64,000 bases of DNA from the human T2T-CHM13v2.0 reference genome, Homo sapiens. The first letter of the stretch is position 1; every line of letters begins with the position of its first letter. Below the pieces are notes generated by a model, which did no database searches, was not told the DNA's origin, and saw only the letters and a program-made list of their open reading frames with translations. Made by a program: the position numbers and the translations under genes. Where the stretch lies: NCBI RefSeq assembly GCF_009914755.1, contig NC_060926.1, one strand, 5' to 3'. Of this stretch, positions 1-13,086 are shown piece after piece.

Positions 1-344
1 CACGAATCTTCATTGTATATAAGAACTTTTAAATATGTGTGCATTTCTTTTTACAGTAAAATGCTGAGCTGAAAAGAGACAGCAATATAGAAGTATATGG
101 TAACACAGAGTACCCATTTTTAAGTAAAATTTTATTTCAAGTAAGCAATTCCTTGGCAGTAGCAAGGAATTAAAAGTCTATATTATACTAGGAATCAGAG
201 ATTTTAATTAATACAATGTAACGTTTTGAAAGTATGTCCACTACATGATAAAAAAAAATGACAAAGCATTCATCTTAAATAATCTTTTGGGGATGGCTCT
301 TCTGCATAATTGAAAAAACATGAGTAAATTTCTGTGTGAGAAGA

Positions 345-560
345 ACAGAGTCATGGCTAAGGTCACAGATTCTAGGCACAGATTACTCACTTTAAATACT
401 GTACTGTCAACTTACTAGGCACGCAGTCTTGGGAAAGTTATTTAACTTCTCTGTGCCTCAGTTTTCATCGGTATATTTTAGGGTTGCCACAATGATTCAA
501 TGTTTTATTCTACTTATAGAACTTAGAATAGTGAGCAACATCTTGCAAGCACCATATAAA
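345..560 (+). mobile_element. MIR SINE
   Basis: MIR core ttgggaaagttatttaacttctctgtgcctcagtttt. Confidence 0.65.
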
Positions 561-2015
561 CTTGTTCTTACCATGTCAATGTGGCACTTCCAGAAGATGA
601 AGCCCTTTTGAAGACACAAAAAGAAAAAAAACTGAAAAGCAACTTAATTGCTTCAGTGAACTGATTAACTAAGCATATCACACTCAAATGTTAGCAGGTG
701 AGGAAATAGAGCACGTTTACTCCTGTGTTTACTATCACAAGACAGGCAGGAGAATCACCTCATGCAGGCAGGAAAAAAAACACCATAAAAATATTCACAA
801 AAATATAAATATCACAAAAGACAAAATAACTGACATCCTGCCACCATGCTAGGTTCCATCTCTATGACAACTGCAAAAAATTTTTTAAAAGTCTTTCTAG
901 TTAGGAGAAAATGGATTATTCTCAGAACATAGGCTACTGGCCAATAAAAACATTGTGGAAAAAGAACTGACAGAAACTCCAGGTTTGATTTTTAAAGAGT
1001 TCCTCTGACATTTGATTTATTTTAAATATTGGGCTAGATTAAAATATGCCAGGAAATGGGTGTGGAGGGGAGGAAGAGATCTGAGACTAGAAAAATTAAT
1101 GACCTAAAAATATTGTAATTAATTTTTCACATTGGCTTTAAGTGATAATTATTTTAGATTTTTAGAGTCTAATGACAGCATTTTCCCTAAAGCCCAATTT
1201 GCAAGCTCTTCTCCCCAAGTGTCTGCTTAGTCATCAGCTTAGTCATGTGAACTGCTACATTTCTGATTCATTGAGAGAATGTGAATATCCTATTTTCTGA
1301 ATTTGTAAGCTTTATAGAGGCCCATAGAAACAGCCTATAGTGTGTGTGTATGTGTGTGTGTGTAAATTATTCTCCAATTGCACATTTTCTAACAACTCTT
1401 TTAAATCTAAGAAAAAATATATTCCAACAAACCATACATAAAAATACTGGCCAGAGAAACTTGCATAAGAGCACCCAGAGCCATATTCATGGCTTAGTGA
1501 TTACACTCTTGAACAATTTTCCCCATTTACAGGCTTACAGCGTAAGCTAAGCAATACTGGTTGTCTATGAGTCTGCAGGGGAATTTTTTATTTGGAAAGT
1601 TCAAAGGAAAAATTGTAACTATAATAAAACATAAACATTTCAGTTTTAGTTTTCAAGACTTCATACACAGCTTTTATTTTTAACCATAGTAATACATTAA
1701 AAGGCATAATTAAAATACTCAGTCTATAAATAGATGACAACTGCACTTTACTTTAGCCTTCTGCTTTCTTGGGTCACTCTTCTTTTTAAGTGGCTTTTAA
1801 GACTCCCCTTTCCAGAATTATTGATATGAGTAGTCATAAGAAGAAACAGGAACTCTTGTAGATATAGTGAAAATATGGACTGGCATCTACTAGTTAAACT
1901 GAAGATTAAATCACAGTGGGTATATATAAATTCAGATAGACACAGTGAGCTAGAAGTAGCAGACAGTAGTCCACTTATAATGATAAACAATACACTTCAG
2001 TTATCTTCCTTTATG

Positions 2016-2319
2016 TTTTATTTTCTCTTTTTTTTATTATACTTTAAGTTTTAGGGTACATGTGCATAATGTGCAGGTTTGTTACATATGTATACATGTG
2101 CCATGTTGGTGTGCTGCACCCATTAACTCGTCATTTACGTTAGGTATATCTCCTAATGCTATCCCTCCCCACTCCCCCCACCCCACAACAGGCCCCGGTG
2201 TGTGATGTTCCCCTTACTGTGTCCAAGTGTTCTCATTGTTCAATTCCCACCTATGAGTGAGAACATGCAGTGTTTGGTTTTTTGTCCTTGTGACAGTTTG
2301 CTGAGAATGATGGTTTCCA
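2016..2319 (-). mobile_element. L1PA 3' end fragment (5'-truncated)
   Basis: T-rich tail followed by ttattatactttaagttttagggtacatgtgca...cccacctatgagtgagaacatgc, the characteristic primate L1 3'UTR in antisense. Confidence 0.93.
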
Positions 2320-5300
2320 TTTTCAACAAACGTTAAAAAAAATTAATACCCAATTGTGCTACATCTACTTGCAATTTCAACTAACCCTTTCATCTTACTA
2401 TAATCAACCCCAAACATTTGACTGGGGCTCAGTGGAAGCATTTACTTGACTTTCAACATGATAGCCATTAGCTATTGGATGGCTATGATTTTTCATGCAG
2501 CATGCAGTTTGCTTTTTTTCCCCCTTATATCCCCAAGGTACAAATAAATAGATACAGTAGTGTATTAACGTCTGTTTTACAAAACTGCTTCAGTTGTGAT
2601 ATATATTTTTAATATAATAAACTGACTGCATTATGATGAACAATTCTAGAATGAATAAACTCATAAAAATTCATTGGTAATGCCTGTTCCTCAATTAAGG
2701 AAAGTCTGTCTATTGAGCTTAGGAGAATTGCTTGTAATGAGTGGAAAGCTCAATCATGTGTCCCACAATCACTGCAGCTAATGCTTACATTTAGGTTGCA
2801 CAGAGTATCAATTTGGGCTATATTTCAAGGACAAGCTCCACTAACCTTTCTGCTCTTTTCCTCAGCAGTGATACACTGGTTCACTCAAAAAGAAAAAGCC
2901 TGGTTTTTAAGATCCTGTTACTAATCCATTTAGAAAAGCAGCAGTGTTGTTTGTTCAAATATAACATGCATTTTGAAGAGAAAGTGTTGGATCTGAAAGG
3001 TTTCATATTTTCCACAATAATATGACTATCACAGAAGGGAAAGGCAAGGTTTTCAGATATTATAATGATATACTTGATCGACAGTCCATGGAGAAAGTTG
3101 AGATTTCTGTTCCCCTAGGTTTGCATTCCTCTTCCTTGTCCTTCTTTCCACACTTGACATGCTACAGAATTTTGACAACTGAAGAACATCTCTGGAGTAC
3201 TTATTACTTTGCTTGTGAACTCCTTGGCCTAAGTAGGGCTGTGTGATATGTCATTGACTATCAGAAGGCCCTTAAACTGTTTACTCTTCGTTAATATTGA
3301 AGAATGCTACAGTGAGTGATCTGAGGAAGTCCAAGTGGCCAAAGGACACATTTTAAATTTGTTTTGTTCCAAGGCATTACACAGTAAAAGCATAGTGCAA
3401 AATTAATCTGGCCAGCAGGAGAGTGCAGGTTACACAAAGCATCTGCTGGCTGCCTCTGGAATAAAAACACTGCATTTGTCTAGACTTTATTTATGATTCA
3501 TTTTTGGCATAACTAGTTGTTACTGCTGAAAGCCAAATTATAGCAGCCTTGTGTAACAGATTACCTCAAAAGAAGACAAATTCTAAAGTGGAATTTTTTT
3601 TAAATTTTTAAACAAATGTATTTTTAGACTATCTTCTGTGTCCAGGAGGTCCCTAAGTCCCACAGCATTTTCAGCATTTTTAGAATGACAAGAAAACCAC
3701 AAAGAGAGGCGAGAAGAAACAAGAGAATGGCTTATTTTTTCCCCATTTCCCTCAGTCACAAGCTACCAATCACTTAGTGACTACAATATTCAGGCCTTTA
3801 ATTTTGCATTCAACTGCTGTTCATTGTCTGATAGGTTTTGTTGGATTGGGAAGTCGGATGGTTCATGCCTAGGGCCTCAAGAGGAAGGGAGCTGCGTCCC
3901 TCAGAATGACGTTCAGTGAAAGCTTTCTCTAGAAGCACTTGGTAGTCTGATGAGTGTATTTCAGCTTCACAGCAACATGTTTTCTTTTGCTATTTCATTT
4001 GCACAAAAAGCAAGCAGTGCTCTTCTGCCTCCAAAAATATGTACGAGTGGGTGTGTATACAAGAATGAGAGAGACAAGCATAGTGAGGGGGGAGGAAGAA
4101 GGAATTGAAAAAATAGCTCCAATTATGCTTTTTCTATTCTTCAAATTTCATTTGGATCTCTTCTATAGGAGAGCTGTGCTGATTAAAGACTTCTGGGGGA
4201 TTTTTAATATTTGAAGCAATGGAGCTTTGAACTCAGAACATGGAAAGGGAATATTAGATGTACATTTAATAGAAAAGCTGCCTTAAATATGAAGTTCAGA
4301 GTATAAACTTAGTTTGTGAATTTTTTCACACTTACACTATGCACATGAGCTCTAAATTAAAGCTTATGGTAATGATAGTAATGGTTATACTACTGTCTGC
4401 CTTAAGAACAGTAAATAACCTGTGATGAAATATGTTGGAGTCACACATTCTAAAGACAGAAGAGTGTAATAAGAAGTCTATCTTACACGTACCATTACAT
4501 ATTTTCATACAATTTCTTGATGAAGGGATTGACTTGTTTATTGTTAAACACACAATTCCATGAAGGCAAAATATTATATAACTTCCTGGCTAACTTTCAA
4601 CTATAATAATTTAATATCTCAGTAACTTTATTAAGTGCAACTTCTATCTAACATTAGTTTAGAAGGCCCATTATACAGCAATTCTTTGTAAGGCTCTGGA
4701 AACCAATGTTTTGTTGCCAGGCACTATTTAGAACTGATATTAATAAGTTCCACTTGTGATTTTTGAGACATATCTTGTTCATTTATATACATCATTTTAA
4801 AATTAATTAAAATATAACTAACAAGTGAACAAATAAAACACACAAGATGTTTTAGATTTTTTAAATTTGTATTTTTCCTCAACGGAAACTTAGTTACCAT
4901 ATTCCTCTAAAAAAATATACAAACAAGGATAGTGACACACAAGAATTGTTATTAAAATAATCAGGCTGACGTTGACAAAAGAACAGAAGGAAACTGTTAG
5001 TAGCCAGATGTCAGCCATGCCCCTAACAATATGGGCCAGTGTGGGGTGTTTCACAATTCACTTGTATCAAGCCTTGATCTACAATCTTGGAGAAACATTC
5101 ACCGCTCAGCCCAACACTGTCCAGTTGAATGCTTTTTACAATGTTAAGAAACAAACCTAAGGAACAGAAACTAAAATCAGGGATGTTTTTGGTGGATGCT
5201 TTAGTGCACAACTCTGCAGTAATGCATAGAACAGGTGCATCCAGGCCCTGCACTACATCCTATGTTCTTTATTCCACTATCAGTTCTCTTCTGGTTTGGG

Positions 5301-5613
5301 TTACTTTTCCTAAAGTGTCTCATACTTGAGGCATCAAGAGTGCTTCCAAAGCACATACTCCTAGGTCCAAGCAGAGGACACTTCATGTTTTTTTTTTTTT
5401 TTTACATTCAGTTCTAACTTCTCAGGGAACAAATGGAGGATGGGAGCCAGAATTTCCACCCTAGTACATTTCTCCTCCCAGCCTCTTCTTTGTCTTTGAA
5501 AAGTTTGAGTTTAGCATGTCAAGTTTACATTTTTCATTCTCTGTGGTTGGAGATGAGGTGGGTCACACATTTCATATGAGTTTTTCTCCCTTAGAAAGGA
5601 TTCATTACTTTGG

Positions 5614-5983
5614 TGATATGGTTTGGTTCTGTGTCCCCACTCAAATCTCATCTCGAATTGTAATCCCTATAATCCCCATGTGTCGAGGGAGGTACCATAT
5701 GGGAGGTGATTGGATCATGGGGGCATTTTCCCCCATGCTGTTCTCAAAATAGTGAGTGAGTTCTCATAAGATCTGATGGTTTTATAAGGCAGTTTTCCTC
5801 AATCTTGCTCACTCTCTCTCATCTGCTACCATGTAAGACATGCCTCTTCCCCTTCCACCATGATTGTAAGTTTCCTGAGGCCTCCCCAGCCATGAGGAAC
5901 TGTGAGTTAATTAAACCTCTTTTATTTATAAATTACCCTGTCTCAAGTATGTCTTTATAGCAGTGTGAAAACAAACTAATACA
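5614..5983 (+). mobile_element. THE1-family (ERVL-MaLR) solo LTR
   Basis: Starts TGATATGGTTTGG..TGTGTCCCCAC and ends ACTAATACA, 370 bp. 5-bp TSD tttgg/cttgg. Confidence 0.92.
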
Positions 5984-8479
5984 CTTGGTTAAGAATATGG
6001 GCATCAGTTACTTTTTAAAAACTCTCCACATAATTCTAATATCTAGTAACTTTTGAGAACCATTGGTCTGCTACTGTTTTAAGATGATCACCATGGCTGT
6101 AGTATGTATAACTGTTTAGAAAAATCAAGAGTTGCATTTTCACATGTTCATTTGGAGATGTCTGAACCTGAATCTAAGAGCAACTATGTTGATTAAGAAA
6201 CTCTAAGGGAAAATTGGGAAAGACGAGTTTGCTTTTGTTTGTTTATTTGTTTGTTTTTTTAACCAGTGACTATCAAGAGCGTGATGGTTAGAATTTTGAG
6301 GTAAATTTCCAAGTTTAGTCCCCCAGACTAGAAGTGTAAACAGGAACCAGAGAAGTAAATTGTTCTCAAACTTTTCTCTGACACTCAGAAGGCCCACCCT
6401 GCAAGGACTATCATGAGAGAGTCTAACATGATGGGAAGAAGACATTCTCAACATTTTTGCAGAGGAGTTTTAGTGATGAGATGTTTAAATAGTCTCATCT
6501 TGGGAGAGCCTACAGGTGGCAACATAAGTGGGTTGTGATTGCATTACTAGTGGGCATGCACCTGGCTAACTAAGCAATATGACAAAAGAGAGTTGGGCTG
6601 CAGGGGAGGAAAATGGCAGATGTTCCATGTTGGCTAAGGGTAATTGTTCAGGAACCTTGTGAGTCATGTCCTTAGTGGCTTCTAGAGTGGTTGGGGAAGT
6701 ATTCAGGGAGGAAGAGGGCTTGAGGTCCCATAACAGCAATTATGAGGTGGTAATCCGGAGATGAATGTGTTACCCACAAAAGAATAATGCATTCATGCAT
6801 AACCAAGAGCTGAGAGCACAAGGATGGCTGCCAATTTTTATCTCATGCATAACTCAAGTAATCCATACTGTCCAGCTGAGAACAACACTGGTGTGACTGT
6901 GGGTGACAGTGAAGGCTTGTCTTTTGTATTGTAAATATTATACTAAATGCAAGGTTTGAATCCAGATAGGAAAATCAGTCATAGGAACTCTTCATCCCCA
7001 TATCTATATGGTTTTCAATTCACCAAATCAGAGATTTCTCTTTAGCTTGTTTCATAGGCACTAAAATTACCTAATATGATTGCTGTTGTAATCATTTCTG
7101 ACCTCATGGAAGGTAGTTAAGCAAGAAAGAGACCAGGACATTATATGATATAATAGGGTCATGAAAAAAAAGGATTTGATGCTGCAGTAAAAGTAATGAG
7201 TGGCCCCAAGGGGGCACAGTCACATTTATCAGATGCAAAACTTCTTATTCACGTTTTAAAGACTGTAAAACATAACGTCTATGAAGGTAGCTAGTATGGT
7301 ACCCGCACACAGCAGATAGTTGCTATGAATCTATTTTAATAAAAGTGAGCACAGATTATAGATTAGAAAAAAGACAATTATTTAATCAACCCAGAGTCAT
7401 TTGATCCATTTATAATATTGGCATTATTTCAACTAACAACTGTATTTGTCTAGTACATACAAAAGAACTATGTTGGAATAACCTACAGGCCACTAATTTT
7501 AACAGGTTGATGAAGGCTGAGAACTGTTTTCTAACTATTATAATAACCAAAGACAACCATTCTCAGAATATATTTAATCAAAACCCTACTTTAGTGGATT
7601 TATCAGCATGTACCATAAGGATGAACTGGTCAAGTCAGGTTCCATTACAACCTTAAAACTGAGACTTTTATGCATGAAGATATTAGTTAATTTGGTGTAT
7701 AATTTAAACTGATTGGAAATGTTAAATTTAAGAAAATTCTTCAATGGTCAGTACAGAGCCTATATTTAAATATTTTAAATATTTAATATTTACTATTAAA
7801 TTAAGAATTATTACTCTTTTTAATAAATCTAAGAGTTAGTTTATTTGCTTAAAATATATACTAGACCTTTTAAAAGAAGTAGGTTATAGATATTAAGAAT
7901 CTAAACCAAATTATATTTTTCTATACTTTTTAATATTAGCCCTTATAAATAATCTCACTGCATTTTATACAGCATGATATACCTGAATACTGGTATTTTT
8001 TTAAAAATTATGGATTTATAATTATTTCCACAGATGACTTTGCATCTAACTTCCCACTGTGCTTCTTTCCTAGCATATATACCCATTTCATACCTACCAA
8101 TTTATTGATGAGTAGCCAATTCCCCAATTCTTACTTGTAGATGCATCTCCATTTTGTGCAGATTCACTGATGGCAGCCAATGATCAGGTACCAGGGTCAA
8201 CTTTACCCTGTTTGTGATAGAGCAACAACTATTGTGCAAGCTGATCATCAAATATTTTGCCAACCATGGGACATTTTAATTAGACTATTTAAAATCAACA
8301 CTCAGACACAACTCATGATGGGTAATATCTGTTGATGTGCCATTCTTATATTTCCTGGGGCAGAAATCAACACCTGTGATATGAAAAGCATATTACAGGC
8401 TGTCTACATTGTTTTCTGTTTTGAAAGATGCTGATCTGTCACAGATGCTGACGTACATTGTAATGCTCAAAATACTCTA

Positions 8480-8542
8480 TACTCGAATAGGGATGAAAGT
8501 GCTGATGCTACTCAAATAGGGATGAGATGGCTGATGCCTACT
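8480..8542 (+). repeat. Imperfect ~29-bp tandem duplication
   Basis: tactc(g/a)aatagggatga....gctgatgc x2. Confidence 0.85.
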
Positions 8543-9927
8543 TGGGAACGCACCAGAATGGCTGGCACAGGTTCAATCATTAAATAAACATAAAATCGCT
8601 TTTTCATTTTGAGAGAAAATTCTATCAAAACTAGCTTAAATTCTTACATGGTTGGGGGAAGGGTGAATACAAAACAGTGCTTGTATATTAAATTTGAAGG
8701 CAGAGGAAGTTAAATGCAATGCTAATTCCATTAACCAGTTTCTGATTAGTGACATGGCTGCTTTTGAAAATGGGGAAGGATTATCTTTGTGCTTCCAGTG
8801 GTTCCCTTGGGTTCCTATGATTAGAGGAGTCCAAGACTATAGGGGAAATGTTACACTTGGCAATGTTACACTTCAGTATTTAGAACCAGGACTTATGACC
8901 TTCCTCATCCAGAAGTGGTGTATGTTTGTGGGGAGGAGAGACACTAAATAATATGTAACACTGGGTACAACTCTCTCTAGTGAATAGTTCAGGGTTGGTG
9001 TGTGATAGAGCTTTGTATAAGAGAGAGGACGCTCTGATTGAGGATGTGGTTTGAGTAAGCATGGACATAATGATAACATGTATACTTTCTACATTGGTAC
9101 AGTAAGCATGCTAAGTTAAATTTCTGACTTAGCCATGACTGGCATTCACTCCTCAAATTCCACAAATCAAAAACAGTGGAGAGCTTCTATTTAGAAACTA
9201 CTTTGGTGCTTGTGTCTCCAATAAGGACCACAGACAGAACTTTGTATCAACCTTAATGAATTTTATCACTTATTTCATTTATTTTGGGATAACACATAAA
9301 GTAGCATCTCTTTTTAATAATCCTTCTAAATTATAAAAGCTTCCATAATGCTTATAGCAGGTACGTTCTTTTCTCTCTTTTCTCTGGAGACTGTTCAGGT
9401 GATCGCCAAGGGACTGTTTGTGCTTAGATTCCACCTCCACAATGGAATTGAAACATATACATATTCTTATGAGGCTGGTGATATTGCAACCACCATCTTC
9501 ATGCAGCTGATTTTTGAGGGCTTCTTGCCTGCTTCTCATCCCTGGTCTTTGGAAAGTACATTCCCCCACTTTGACAGGTTTCTGTACCACTGCATTTTGG
9601 GCAGAATAGGTCTAAATGGGTTTTCAGCTTCTCTCCTTCTATAAAACTTATAAGATCTTTATGCGAAATTTTCATACCCTTCCTGGGAACTTTAAGTTGG
9701 ATATCGATATTTCTTTCTGTTAAAAAAAATAAAAAAGGCAAAGTTTCCTCCCATTGGCCAATGCACCCTGTGGTGACAATTATTAGGTTTTGGTGTTGTA
9801 CTATACAATTTTCTTGTTTTCCAAGCTTATGGTTGGAACAAAATCATTTAGACAACAATAAAATATTTAAGATAGTACAAAGCTGGAAAGCACCTTATAT
9901 ATCAGCATGATTTTGACCGAGAGCCTA

Positions 9928-9968
9928 TTGGGAGAAATAATTTAGTTTTGGGAGAAATAATTTAGTTT
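9928..9968 (+). repeat. Perfect 20-bp tandem duplication
   Basis: ttgggagaaataatttagtt x2. Confidence 0.9.
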
Positions 9969-10949
9969 CATTAACTAAAGTGGCTATCCTTGTCACTTTG
10001 GCTAATCAACAGTGACTCAGGAACTATGTCTATCTGGGAAAGAGTAAAGAGAAGAAAGCGTGGGTTTTTAAGTAAAATAAGATACAGATTATGAAAATCC
10101 TTATAAACACTTGGCTTACAGTAACTGTAATTCTAAAGTATTATTACTAAAACTGAGACTGAGGGTGAGATTTTTATCCAACTTAGACTCTTCAAGATAG
10201 GCATTAGTTTGTATCCAAAAGAGTAGGATTGCTGTATTTGGAATCCATGGTTCTAAGCCATAGCTGCTAATTGGACAAGAGAGAGGGGAGGCTTAGCTGT
10301 ATTTCTGGAATTCCTGGATTGTTTTTCTCTCTAAAATCAGTTTAAAAACCATCTGAGGCAGTTGGCAATGCTGCCCAGCAGCTGCCCAAGTAGCAACTGC
10401 AACAGCTGGATCAATACAGCTACTGCTACAACAAAGAGAACTGCCAAGACCCATGAAATGTCTAAATAAGCAGAGGCCTGGTTTTATTTACTTGTCAAAA
10501 AAAGAAGAAAAAAGATGAGGCCTAACACTTGTTTTTATAAGAAATTATCTAAGATTTTATGGTATTTCTGCTTAAAATAGCACAGAGGAACTGAAACAGG
10601 AATCTAGAGACCAAAGCTGTTACTTACTACTCATTATGTTATAGAATTTATAGCATATGGCTTAATGCTCTTGAATACAAGAAACATTAAAATACAGAGG
10701 AACATTTGAAAAAAAAAAAACAAGATAATAGAGGTTTCAACGTCATTGAATCTTGAACTATTCACTCAACAAATATATGTTGGGCACTTAATCTAAGCCA
10801 GATACTTAGGCTGGTGCCCAGGAAACAGATATGGAAAACAGACAAAAACCTCTGCCCTCTTGCAGCTTACCTTCAATATTTTTATTTTATCCATTAATTC
10901 TGTAGCTTCTTTAATTCAAATAAGTGATCTCTTATCCATAATGCTAACA

Positions 10950-11186
10950 ACAGGTAACATTTCATGAATGTTTATATGTACCGGATACTGTTCTAGGTAC
11001 TACACATACATGAATACATTTAATCCTCAAAACAACTCTATGAGGCAGAAGTTGTTTTTACAGATGAGAAAACTAAGCCACAGAGAACAGCATTAATGTG
11101 CCTAAAGTTCCACAGTTAGGAAGAAGTGGCATTTCCAGTATTCAAACCCAGAGTCTGGGTCCTTAATCCTTATACCCTACTGCCTC
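10950..11186 (-). mobile_element. MIR SINE
   Basis: tttaatcctcaaaacaactctatgagg...tttacagatgagaaaactaag...ttcaaaccca. Confidence 0.75.
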
Positions 11187-12214
11187 CTCATACAACAACC
11201 ACTCCACAATGCAGTTGATGGGTATTCTTGATTAGTTTATTTCTATTGATTTAAAAATTAAGCACATTGGTACCTTGTCTTTAAAGAACAAGTTTCTGTT
11301 TATAAACAGGGTATATCACCAGTAACAAATTTTACATATGCCAGAAATATGTAGGCCATGAGAGTTCTTAAAAATAAACACAAAAATCCCAGCTCTCAAA
11401 TCCGATTCCGAATTTGGCGGTTATAAAATAATCACACTTAAAGTGTCTCTCTCACCTGTAAGCCAGCATATACCGTATCTACAGACTGAAATGCTATTTA
11501 TTTTGCAGTGAGCACAGAATCCTGAGACCACGCAGAAGGATCACTGGGATTATTAGTCTAAACTGTTCCTTTTAGAGATGAAGAATTAAGGTCGAGAGAG
11601 GTTAACATATGTTCTTAAAGTCACATTTGAGAGCCTACTATCACTTAGAGATTGTATAATAGTCCCAATTTTTCTTTAACATAATTTGAGGATTAATGGA
11701 CCAAGATGCAGTTTGTATAGGATGGTGTAGATAAGATAGCTATGAAATTCTTCCCTGGCAACCTCCAGAATATTTAATATGAATATTGTGATTTAGGGAA
11801 ATCAGTGTCAACTTTTCCTACCTGACATTTGGGACAGTTTAACGAAAACTTTAAAATTTCTTTAGAACAGAAGGTGTTCAAACCCAAATATGGTATAGAT
11901 AAAGTCTGACTGAGGTAAAGTGGCAACACAGTATAAACTATTAACTTTGTTGCCAAACATATCTGTTTGAATATTGATTTTGTCTCTTAGTAACCTGGAC
12001 ATCTTAGGCCACTTTTTTTACTCTGAATCTTAGTTTTCTCATCTGTAAAATAGGAAGAGAAATGCGTATTACTTAGATTGTTATATATATCTTAAATAAG
12101 TTAATGTATATAAGTATTAAAGCTTAATAAAAACACATAAAAGTTAGTTTCTGTACTCTGTGGTTTTCTTAATTATTGTGACTAAAAAACAAAATAGCTC
12201 ACAAGAAGTGTAAC

Positions 12215-13086
12215 ACTTATTTGGATATACGTTTCTGAAATGATGTCTCCAATATATCATATGTCAAGAAGTTTGTAAATATATATTTATTTTTAATGTG
12301 AAAGCAAGACATCACTTTGACACCACGTATGGCACTTCTAAGCTTATTTATTTGTTTCTACCGTCCCTATTCCCTCAAATTTTAATAAAAGTATACCTGA
12401 AAAGCCCACTATAACTTTATTCCAGGCTATGGTAAAAAAGATAAAATCTTTGATAATAGGAAATTATTTTAAGTGTTAAAAAATCTTCATTGTCTAGCTT
12501 AAAATGACTTTTTAAAGCATCACCTGCGCCCTTTCTCTCCTTGCATTTCATATTCTAGTCATGCCAAACCATCTGTTGTTCCCTGAAAATGCCATGCTGT
12601 TCCGCACTTCCATGTCTTCATGTGCGTTTCCTTTATCTCAAATGGCCTTTTCCTTGTTCGTTTGCCAAGTTCTTACCTGTTTTAGTCTACTAGTGGTACA
12701 ATCCTTAGAGGCAGGATCCACGCCAAATTTATTTTTGCCTCCCTGGCACAGTATGAGTACCATGCAAAATGTTTGTTATGTGAATTTATGAAGCAGATGA
12801 TCAAGCAGGGGCAATACCATCTTCATAAAAATGTGAATTTCACAATAATGTAAGAAATTTATCTGTACAGCCGTCTACTGGCACTTTAAGAAAGACTGAA
12901 ACACAGACTTAAAAAATCTATGGAATGATGGTATTACTGTTCAGATATGATTATCATTTCATAGAGGACCAAATTTAAAGGACAGAACTTATTTGGATAT
13001 ACATTTTTGAGATTATATCTCTGATATATTGTGTGTCAAGAACTTTGTAAATCTAGATTTATTATTTTTAATGTGAAAGCTAGACA
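12215..13086 (+). repeat. Dispersed direct repeat: copies 12215-12311 and 12987-13086
   Basis: acttatttggatatac...tgtcaagaa.tttgtaaat...atttttaatgtgaaagc.agaca occurs twice; 14 substitutions and one 3-nt indel. Confidence 0.9.

Noticed and set aside
11445-11475. Minus-strand CAG|GTGAG as a recursive splice site in the long intron
   Set aside because: No polypyrimidine tract upstream. Other AG|GT candidates I checked (12672, 28353) also lack one. The manual scan was not exhaustive.
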